A stretch of 27,214 nucleotides of DNA from a virus. Its lineage: Duplodnaviria; Caudoviricetes. The notes below the pieces were generated by a model. The model did no database searches and was not told where the DNA came from. It saw only the letters and a program-made list of their open reading frames with translations. A program made the translations under genes and the position numbers. The stretch lies in the IMG/VR virus record IMGVR_UViG_3300030330_003749, positions 1-27,214 of that record; one strand, written 5' to 3'. The number at the start of each line of letters is the position of its first letter. The stretch's first letter is position 1. This document shows, in pieces, positions 9,393 through 15,719 of this stretch.

Positions 9393-9977
9393 ATGGCAAA
9401 TCAACTAGAAAAGTTTGGTCTTAGACCTTACAGAAAACTAGACGGTACACCATTAGTAGGAGCTCAAAACAGATATAAGATAGCAAACGGAGACGCAACT
9501 GCTATTTTCCAAGGCGATTTAGTTAGACCATTAACAACTGGTTTTATAACTAGAGCTGCAGGAAATACATCTTATGCTGTGGTGGGTGTATTTAACGGAT
9601 GTTTTTATAATGATCCAACAACTGGAAAACCTACGTTCAGAAATAGTTATCCTGGTGGAATCACACCATCTCAAGGCGATATTACTGCCTTTGTGGTTGA
9701 TGATCCAGATGCTGTGTTTTTAATGAACGCTGATGCGGTTTTTGCACAAGCGGATCTATTCAGAAACTATTCGCTTACTACGGATACTGGTAATACAACA
9801 ACAGGAATATCAGAAGTAATGCTAGATGTAGGAGTCAGTGGAACAGCTGGCACATTTGCAGTACAAGCAATTGATATATCGCAAGATCCTGAAAATGATG
9901 ATCTTTCGACTTCAAATGCTAATATTCTTGTAAGAATCAACAATCACTTCTACCGTCAAGGTGGAACAGGTCTATAA
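9393..9977 (+). CDS. putative minor capsid / head decoration protein
   Basis: G/T/A-rich, beta-type sequence (IFQGDLV, VVGVFNGC, VVDDPDAVF); immediately upstream of the major capsid gene; SD AAGGAG. Confidence 0.65.
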   Translation: MANQLEKFGLRPYRKLDGTPLVGAQNRYKIANGDATAIFQGDLVRPLTTGFITRAAGNTSYAVVGVFNGCFYNDPTTGKPTFRNSYPGGITPSQGDITAFVVDDPDAVFLMNADAVFAQADLFRNYSLTTDTGNTTTGISEVMLDVGVSGTAGTFAVQAIDISQDPENDDLSTSNANILVRINNHFYRQGGTGL

Positions 9978-9992
9978 TAGGAGTATAAGATT

Positions 9993-10910
9993 ATGGCAAT
10001 ATCACGAGCACAACTAGTTAAAGAACTAGAGCCAGGTCTAAATGCACTATTTGGACTTGAGTATAACAGATACGAAAATCAACATGCGGAGATTTACGTA
10101 ACTGAAACATCTGACAGAGCTTTTGAAGAAGAAGTAATGTTAAGTGGTTTCGCTTCTGCACCAACTAAACAAGAAGGTGCTGGAGTAGTTTTTGATCAAG
10201 CAAATGAAACTTTCACTGCTAGATACAATCACGAAACAATCGCTTTAGCATTTGCTATTACTGAAGAAGCAATTGAAGATAACCTTTATGACAGATTAGC
10301 TGCAAGATACACAAGAGCTCTTGCAAGATCAATGTCAAACACGAAGCAAGTTAAAGCTGCTAATGTGTTAAACCAAGCGGAAGTTACTACTGTTAAAGGT
10401 GGTGACGGTAAGCCTTTAATAGCTACTGATCACCCACTAGCAACTGGTGGTACTTTCTCTAATCGTTTAACTACAGCTGCAGATTTAAACGAAACTTCTT
10501 TAGAGCAATCGTTAATCGACATCGCAGGATTTGTAGATGAAAGAGGATTAAGAATCGCAGCTCAAGGCAGAAAAATGATAATTCCAAAAGAATTACAATT
10601 TACTGCTGAGAGATTGATGAAATCACCTCAAAGAACTGCAACTGCTGATAACGACATCAATGCAATCGCTTCAATGGGAATGGTTCCAGAAGGTTATTCA
10701 GTTAATAACTTTTTAACTGACACTGATTCATATTTCTTATTGACTGACGTGCCTAACGGTTTAAAACACTTTGTTAGATCGCCAATCAAAACTGCGATTG
10801 AAGGTGACTTCGATACTGGAAATGTTAGATTTAAAGCTAGAGAAAGATATTCTTTTGGATTCTCAGATCCAAGATGTATCTTTGGAAATGGTAAATTACC
10901 AACTAGCTAA
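9993..10910 (+). CDS. major capsid protein (HK97 fold, Mu gpT-like family)
   Basis: 305 aa; MAISRAQLVKELEPGLNALFGLEY, ITEEAIEDNLY and FKARERYSFGFSDPR; SD AGGAG; followed by a terminator. Confidence 0.9.
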   Translation: MAISRAQLVKELEPGLNALFGLEYNRYENQHAEIYVTETSDRAFEEEVMLSGFASAPTKQEGAGVVFDQANETFTARYNHETIALAFAITEEAIEDNLYDRLAARYTRALARSMSNTKQVKAANVLNQAEVTTVKGGDGKPLIATDHPLATGGTFSNRLTTAADLNETSLEQSLIDIAGFVDERGLRIAAQGRKMIIPKELQFTAERLMKSPQRTATADNDINAIASMGMVPEGYSVNNFLTDTDSYFLLTDVPNGLKHFVRSPIKTAIEGDFDTGNVRFKARERYSFGFSDPRCIFGNGKLPTS

Positions 10911-10934
10911 TACTAATTAGAAAGTATTTATATT

Positions 10935-10965
10935 AAGGGGCGGTGTTCACATCGCCCCTTTTTTT
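10935..10965 (+). terminator. Rho-independent terminator after the capsid gene
   Basis: AAGGGGCGGTG / CATCGCCCCTT stem (one G-U pair), TTCA loop, T-run 10959-10965. Confidence 0.85.
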
Positions 10966-10974
10966 ATGTATAAT
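10946..10974 (+). promoter_or_regulatory. sigma70-type promoter overlapping the terminator
   Basis: TTCACA (10946-10951) - 17 nt - TATAAT (10969-10974); predicted +1 near 10981. Confidence 0.7.
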
Positions 10975-10980
10975 AAAAAG

Positions 10981-11056
10981 ACCTAGTAAATAATTATTTT
11001 GTAGACTGACTAGGCAGACGGTATAGAGACTACAAAATTAATGCTATACAAAGGAG
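10981..11056 (+). ncRNA. structured leader RNA with two potential pseudoknots (candidate Mu-gpT-DE-like motif)
   Basis: ATTTTGTAG (10996-11004) / CTACAAAAT (11030-11038); CTG/CAG hairpin whose loop ACTAGG (11009-11014) pairs with CCTAGT (10982-10987); GTATAG (11021-11026) pairs with CTATAC (11044-11049) beside the SD. Confidence 0.6.
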
Positions 11057-11062
11057 AATATT

Positions 11063-11602
11063 ATGGCAAACACTACATTTGACGGACCAGTCAGATCAAA
11101 AAATGGTTTTATTAATTTAGGACCTGCTGCAGTAAAAGCTGTTACTTTAGCTACAGATTTAACTGTTGCTGACCATGCGGGAAGATTAGTAACAATGGAC
11201 CCTGCAGGGACACCTACTGCAATAACTTTACCTGCAATCGTTTCAACTGCTGATTCTGCTTCTGCAGGACCAGGAAGCGATCCAAATAACGCAAACACAA
11301 TTGGTACAACTTTTGAAATTCTTTTTATTGATAATTTCACAGGAACTATCAAGACTGCTAGTACAGATGACAAATTTGTTGGTGCTGCTACAGTCGGTAT
11401 TACTGCGTCAGTAGCTGGTAAACAATTTCAAGTTTCAACTGGTGATAACGAAGTTAATCTTAATGGTGAAGCTGGAAGTGCTACTACAGGTGGTCTAAAA
11501 GGTTCGAGAATTAAATTTACTGCAATCGCAGCTAACTTATATGCTGTAGAGGGTCAGTTACTTGGTAATGGATCAATAGCTACACCTTTTGATGCACAGT
11601 AA
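11063..11602 (+). CDS. putative head fibre / capsid-associated protein
   Basis: MANTTFDGPVRS N-terminus; A/T/G-rich beta composition (ITLPA motif); SD AAGGAG; directly after the capsid gene. Confidence 0.6.
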   Translation: MANTTFDGPVRSKNGFINLGPAAVKAVTLATDLTVADHAGRLVTMDPAGTPTAITLPAIVSTADSASAGPGSDPNNANTIGTTFEILFIDNFTGTIKTASTDDKFVGAATVGITASVAGKQFQVSTGDNEVNLNGEAGSATTGGLKGSRIKFTAIAANLYAVEGQLLGNGSIATPFDAQ

Positions 11603-11612
11603 TAAATAATTA

Positions 11613-11632
11613 GTGGCTCCTTCGGGAGCCAC
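11613..11632 (+). other. cUUCGg tetraloop hairpin (stability element or weak terminator)
   Basis: GTGGCTCC-TTCG-GGAGCCAC, a perfect 8-bp stem with no U-tract. Confidence 0.7.
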
Positions 11633-11650
11633 AACTAAATAGGAGAATTT

Positions 11651-11983
11651 ATGGCAGTAAAAGCCGACATACAAGCTACTAGATCAGATGCTGCTCCAAG
11701 CGGAACTGCAGTTATTGCTCCGCCTGTAAGATTAAAAGGTATTATTATTGCCTCTGATGGCACAGGTGCAGGAACTTTAGAATTATCTACAACATCTAAT
11801 TCTGGAACAACTTTGTTTCAAGCAGATATACCATCTGGAGATGTAATTAATTTTAATTTTCCAGAGGATGGAATTTTATTTCCAGCTGGAATTTTTTGTA
11901 AAACTAAAACTAAGGTTACTGCATATACATTATTAACTGATAAGTATAACGCACCACAATTAACAACATCTAACCCAGGATAG
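11651..11983 (+). CDS. putative small virion structural protein
   Basis: SD AGGAG; beta-rich; FPEDGILFPAGIF motif; paralogous to the next gene. Confidence 0.7.
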   Translation: MAVKADIQATRSDAAPSGTAVIAPPVRLKGIIIASDGTGAGTLELSTTSNSGTTLFQADIPSGDVINFNFPEDGILFPAGIFCKTKTKVTAYTLLTDKYNAPQLTTSNPG

Positions 11984-11986
11984 TAA

Positions 11987-12280
11987 ATGTCAGGTGGAGG
12001 AAGTTTTACATCAGACCAGTCGGTAAAACACTCGACTGGCACAGAGCAGATGGTTCCAACTACTAGAAGAGCTAGATTAACATCTATTCAAGCAAAAGGT
12101 AATTCTACAGATGGATCTATAATTTTTAGATCTGGTGGGGCAACTGGAACAGTAATAGCAACATATCTTTTTGGAGAAGAAGGTTTAGATATGTACTTAC
12201 CTGGATCTGGTATTTTTTTTCCACAAGGTATACATGCAACTATTGCTAACACTGCAGGTGTTACTATTACATTTACTTAA
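11987..12280 (+). CDS. putative small virion structural protein (paralog of the preceding gene)
   Basis: RL.SI...G.I....GG..GT and LPGSGIFFPQGIH motifs align with 11651..11983. Confidence 0.7.
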   Translation: MSGGGSFTSDQSVKHSTGTEQMVPTTRRARLTSIQAKGNSTDGSIIFRSGGATGTVIATYLFGEEGLDMYLPGSGIFFPQGIHATIANTAGVTITFT

Positions 12281-12282
12281 TT

Positions 12283-12591
12283 ATGGATAATTATACTCTA
12301 GAATTATTAAGTTTTAACAAAGGTGGAATGCCACCTAGAAATAAAAAAAATTTTAGACCAACAAAAAAAGGTGCAGGAATGACCGAGGCTGGTGTTAAAG
12401 CTTACAGAAGATTAAACCCAGGTTCAAAATTAAAAACAGCAGTGACTGGTAAGGTAAAACCTGGGTCAAAAGATGCTAAACGTAGAAAGAGTTTTTGTGC
12501 TAGAAGTCTAGGACAAATGAAAAAATTTCCTAAAGCTGCAAAAGATCCTAATTCAAGACTAAGACAAGCGAGAAGAAGATGGAAATGTTAG
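12283..12591 (+). CDS. basic conserved-type phage protein (RRKSFCARS...RRRWKC; DUF6321-like from memory)
   Basis: Very K/R-rich, two Cys, FNKGG motif near the N-terminus; family name is recalled, not searched. Confidence 0.7.
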   Translation: MDNYTLELLSFNKGGMPPRNKKNFRPTKKGAGMTEAGVKAYRRLNPGSKLKTAVTGKVKPGSKDAKRRKSFCARSLGQMKKFPKAAKDPNSRLRQARRRWKC

Positions 12592-12594
12592 ATT

Positions 12595-13314
12595 ATGTCT
12601 TATCTTAATGCTAACATACCACCTATATATTGTAAAATAAGAAAGGAGTATCTTTATGACATGGAAGAAAATAAAGGACAGTATAGTGACTGTGTTATCT
12701 TTAGTATTAGCAGTATTTCAGGTCGTGCTATCTTATTTAATATCATGTTACCAAATGGTGCGTGTTATTGGAGACTGCCTATCTCAGCATTTTTCCAAAA
12801 ACAATTTGATAGAACCGAAGTGCCCGATATGCAAGTTCACGAATTGGAATTGTGGAATTGTTTTAGTTACTGGCCTAGTGTCACTTGTTTTGATTGGTTG
12901 GATGGTTTAAAAGGTAAATATTTAGGTCTAGATAAAAAATTTTATCATGGTAAATATTTATTCACAATTGATTGGGCTCATCCAGACGTTAATATCATTG
13001 ATACAGAGCATTCAGAAATACCTCAAGAACATAAGTGTGCACATATATTGGAGCTCGATAACGGTAATTATGCAGCTCAGCCTAATAATCGTATTCTGTG
13101 GCACTGTACTAGCTACACTACTGATGACAGTTGGCCTGATTATAAAGTCCAAACTACTTATTGGGATGCAGAAGACTCTAGCATGGTCACAGAGGATTCT
13201 GATAAGATGTTTTACCAAATGGAAAAAGTAAAAAATGAAAAAAGAACATATGACTCTTATAAGGAATTTGCAGATGATATGTCTTTTGAAAATAATGGTA
13301 AAAAAAATGATTGA
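12595..13314 (+). CDS. conserved-type phage hypothetical protein (MSYLNANIP; EHKCAH; AAQPNNR)
   Basis: Long ORF in the operon frame with globular, aromatic-rich composition; function unknown. Confidence 0.8.
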   Translation: MSYLNANIPPIYCKIRKEYLYDMEENKGQYSDCVIFSISSISGRAILFNIMLPNGACYWRLPISAFFQKQFDRTEVPDMQVHELELWNCFSYWPSVTCFDWLDGLKGKYLGLDKKFYHGKYLFTIDWAHPDVNIIDTEHSEIPQEHKCAHILELDNGNYAAQPNNRILWHCTSYTTDDSWPDYKVQTTYWDAEDSSMVTEDSDKMFYQMEKVKNEKRTYDSYKEFADDMSFENNGKKND

Positions 13315-13435
13315 TAGATATTTAATTAAATTATTTACAGGTATAGATAATATTATAAAAAAAATAGGAGATATCTTAGATGAGGGATACAAGATTGTTG
13401 GAAAGTTATTCCAAAAAAGAAAAAGAAAAAAATAA
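13307..13435 (+). CDS. small hypothetical protein (42 aa, MIDRYLIKLF...KRKRKK)
   Basis: 3' part of track ORF 13235..13435; the ATG at 13307 overlaps the end of the previous gene by 8 nt and is the more plausible start. Confidence 0.5.
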   Translation: MIDRYLIKLFTGIDNIIKKIGDILDEGYKIVGKLFQKRKRKK

Positions 13436-13544
13436 AGTAAAATTGCTACAAAAAACTTTAAGACAAGAAGTTGACATTGGGGCAAATGGAACGCAATCTT
13501 ATATTATTAAAAAAGGAATAAACAAAGGTAAAAAACTTGGCTAA
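13380..13544 (+). CDS. small hypothetical protein (54 aa, MRDTRLLESYSKKEKEKNKVKLLQKTLRQEVDIGANGTQSYIIKKGINKGKKLG)
   Basis: Read manually; SD AGGAG at 13366-13370, 9 nt before the ATG; fills the gap and overlaps the next start. Confidence 0.65.
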   Translation: MRDTRLLESYSKKEKEKNKVKLLQKTLRQEVDIGANGTQSYIIKKGINKGKKLG

Positions 13545-13959
13545 TAAACCTCTATCAATATCTGAATCCGCTGCCGTGCAGATGCCTATGAAGACGGTTG
13601 CCAGTCTGATAATTATCGTGGCACTCGGAACCATGGGTTACTTCCAGATGGTTGAACGTCTGAACATTGCAGACACCAAGATTAAGATAATGGAACAGGA
13701 TGTAGAACAGAATACAGAGTTCAGAATAAAATGGCCACGTGGTCAAATGGGATCACTACCCGCTGATTCTGAGCAGTACATGATGTTGGAGGATTTGTAC
13801 AAGACTACCGATCGTTTAAACAAACATATTGAGTCAATGGCTTTAAATAAAGTAAACATTGAGTTTTTAACAAAACAAATGGACAAGGTTTTGGTTGATA
13901 TTGAAAAACTTAAAGATGCTAACAGGGATCTAGGTTATACAAATGGTAGGTCACAATGA
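13537..13959 (+). CDS. membrane-anchored coiled-coil protein, possibly lysis-related
   Basis: TTG start; one TM segment (TVASLIIIVALGTMGYF) followed by a coiled coil; upstream of the endolysin. Confidence 0.65.
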   Translation: MANKPLSISESAAVQMPMKTVASLIIIVALGTMGYFQMVERLNIADTKIKIMEQDVEQNTEFRIKWPRGQMGSLPADSEQYMMLEDLYKTTDRLNKHIESMALNKVNIEFLTKQMDKVLVDIEKLKDANRDLGYTNGRSQ

Positions 13960-14168
13960 TAGAAGCTGTAATAGGATTACTTATGTTTGTAAATGGAGAA
14001 ATTAAGGAGGCACGTTTGCAAAGTTCAATGGCAGAATGCTTACGTGGGAAACGCACAGCTGAGAGACAGTATTCAGAATCAATATCCTATAAATGTTGGA
14101 AGGGCACAGCAGAATTAGAATCTAATATAGACGGTAGTAAAAGTATAAAAAAATTAATTATAGAATAA
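13956..14168 (+). CDS. small hypothetical protein with a hydrophobic N-terminus and two Cys
   Basis: ATGA overlap; MIEAVIGLLMFV; ECL...YKC. Confidence 0.7.
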   Translation: MIEAVIGLLMFVNGEIKEARLQSSMAECLRGKRTAERQYSESISYKCWKGTAELESNIDGSKSIKKLIIE

Positions 14169-14174
14169 ACACTG

Positions 14175-14651
14175 ATGAATCTTACACGAAACTTCACTCT
14201 TTCAGAGTTAATCAAATCGGACACTGCGATACGTAAGGGTATCAACAACAACCCTAACGCTGAACAAATAGAAAAATTAAAATTGTTGTGTGAAAATATT
14301 CTCCAACCAGTACGTGATCACTTTGGTAGGGTCAAGGTGACAAGCGGTTTTCGTAGTGTAGAGTTGTGTGAAGCCATCGGCAGCTCGAGCAGGTCACAAC
14401 ATGCCCGTGCTGAAGCGGCAGATTTTGAATGTATAGGTGTGGATAATGCAGAACTTTTTGATTGGATAAAATCTAACCTTTCACCAGATCAATTAATTCT
14501 CGAGTTCTATACTCCTGGTGAACCCAACTCGGGATGGATACATTGCTCGTGGATTGAGGGCACACCAAGAGCATCTTTTCTACACGCATATAAATCAGAA
14601 GGTAAAACTAAATATAAACCAATATTAGGATCAGCAAAGGAGTTAGTATAA
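14175..14651 (+). CDS. peptidase M15A-family endolysin
   Basis: NFTLSEL, VTSGFRS, Zn-ligand motif SQH...AAD and WIHCS. Confidence 0.85.
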   Translation: MNLTRNFTLSELIKSDTAIRKGINNNPNAEQIEKLKLLCENILQPVRDHFGRVKVTSGFRSVELCEAIGSSSRSQHARAEAADFECIGVDNAELFDWIKSNLSPDQLILEFYTPGEPNSGWIHCSWIEGTPRASFLHAYKSEGKTKYKPILGSAKELV

Positions 14652-14652
14652 T

Positions 14653-14784
14653 ATGCCAATTACAAGATCACAATTACCTAAACAAATAGAAGGCAAATTA
14701 AGAGGTGCTAGAGATGAAAAAAAGAAAAAGAAAAGAGTCATTGCATCTATTAAAAGAAAAAAAAGCCCTTTATTCAAAGCATAG
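14653..14784 (+). CDS. small basic protein (43 aa, MPITRSQLPKQIEGKLRGARDEKKKKKRVIASIKRKKSPLFKA)
   Basis: Read manually; SD AAGGAG upstream; starts 1 nt after the endolysin stop; N-terminus resembles that of the major capsid protein. Confidence 0.65.
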   Translation: MPITRSQLPKQIEGKLRGARDEKKKKKRVIASIKRKKSPLFKA

Positions 14785-14810
14785 ACTGTTAGCTAAAGAG
14801 ATGTTATAAT
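14782..14810 (+). promoter_or_regulatory. sigma70-type extended -10 promoter
   Basis: TAGACT (14782-14787) - 17 nt - TATAAT (14805-14810) with a TGn extension; ATG 8 nt downstream, no SD. Confidence 0.7.
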
Positions 14811-14818
14811 TCTTCATT

Positions 14819-15214
14819 ATGACAAAACTATGCCCAAGAGGTAAAGCAGCAGCAAAAAGAAAATTCAAGGTATATCCGTCAGCATATGCTAACGCATACG
14901 CTTCTAAAATCTGTGCGGGTAAGATCAAAGATCCGTCTGGTGTAAAGAGAAAAGATTTTAGAGGACCAAAACCATCTGGCAAAGTGAGTGGTGGAGAAGC
15001 TAAAGTTAAAAAAGTTGCGAGTGCTTTACATAAAGCTTCAAGACTTCACAAAGCACAAGCTAAATCATTAGATTCCGTTGTTAAAGCGAGTAGTGGAAAA
15101 TTTGCACAAACTTTAGAACCATATGCAGGAACTTACATAAAAGGTAATCTTGCTGGTCATGAGGTTTCAAACAAAAGTTATAAGAACTATTACAAAGGAA
15201 TGTTAGATGACTAA
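14819..15214 (+). CDS. basic modular protein (KFKVYPSAYAN motif)
   Basis: K/A-rich, two Cys; shares a 23-aa module and a YYK C-terminal motif with 15720..17123. Confidence 0.75.
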   Translation: MTKLCPRGKAAAKRKFKVYPSAYANAYASKICAGKIKDPSGVKRKDFRGPKPSGKVSGGEAKVKKVASALHKASRLHKAQAKSLDSVVKASSGKFAQTLEPYAGTYIKGNLAGHEVSNKSYKNYYKGMLDD

Positions 15215-15437
15215 AAAAAAGAAAAAAGGTTATCAAACAGCAGAGGAATTAGTTGGAAGTGGCAGAAAAGAGAAATTTTTTGATAACCCTTTTGATGCTA
15301 GAAAAGCTGGAGATGATGAAGACAGAGCAGATTTTAGAGATGCAAAAAAAATAGAGGCTAAAGGATTAAGAGATGGGGGCATGTGCCGTGGAGCTGGGGC
15401 AGCAATAAAAGGCACAAAATTTGAAGGTGTTTTCTAA
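15207..15437 (+). CDS. small basic protein with C-terminal GGMCRGAGAAIKG
   Basis: Overlap-coupled at both ends; SD AAGGA. Confidence 0.7.
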   Translation: MTKKKKKGYQTAEELVGSGRKEKFFDNPFDARKAGDDEDRADFRDAKKIEAKGLRDGGMCRGAGAAIKGTKFEGVF

Positions 15438-15712
15438 TGGGACTAAAAAAATGGTTCGATCAAAAATGGGTAGATATTGGGAGCAAACGAAAAGATGGTT
15501 CTTACGCACCGTGTGGTCGTTCAAAATTAGCAGCGGATCGAAAACGAAAATATCCAAAGTGCGTCCCTGCTGCAAAAGCGGCAAGGATGACAGAATCCCA
15601 GAGGAAGAGTGCCGTTGCAAGAAAAAGAGCTAAACCTCAAGGTGTTGGTGGTAAGCCAACAAATGTCAGTACCTTTACCAAGAAGTATTATGGTGGTATG
15701 ATAGAAATTTAG
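15437..15712 (+). CDS. basic conserved-type phage protein (LKKWF..KWVDIG, CGR, YPKCVP; DUF5872-like from memory)
   Basis: TAATG coupling; K/R-rich, two Cys; ends KKYYGGMIEI; family name is recalled, not searched. Confidence 0.7.
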   Translation: MGLKKWFDQKWVDIGSKRKDGSYAPCGRSKLAADRKRKYPKCVPAAKAARMTESQRKSAVARKRAKPQGVGGKPTNVSTFTKKYYGGMIEI

Positions 15713-15719
15713 GATAGAT

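Noticed and set aside
10981-11056. Assignment of the structured RNA to a hammerhead ribozyme, a SAM-II/SAM-V riboswitch or a tRNA
   Set aside because: It lacks the CUGAnGA/GAAA hammerhead core, recognisable SAM-II/V consensus and a cloverleaf; left unassigned.
12656-13231. Alternate-frame + strand ORFs 12656..12910 and 12947..13231
   Set aside because: Fully nested in 12595..13314, with no convincing SD or motif.
13235-13306. Upstream start of track ORF 13235..13435
   Set aside because: It would overlap the previous gene by 80 nt; the ATG at 13307 gives the short overlap typical of this genome.
13471-13500. Perfect TTGACA as a -35 box
   Set aside because: No good -10 hexamer at 16-18 nt, and it lies within the codons of ORF 13380..13544.
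15421-15633. Alternate-frame ORF 15421..15633
   Set aside because: It overlaps 15437..15712, which has TAATG coupling and a more protein-like motif pattern.
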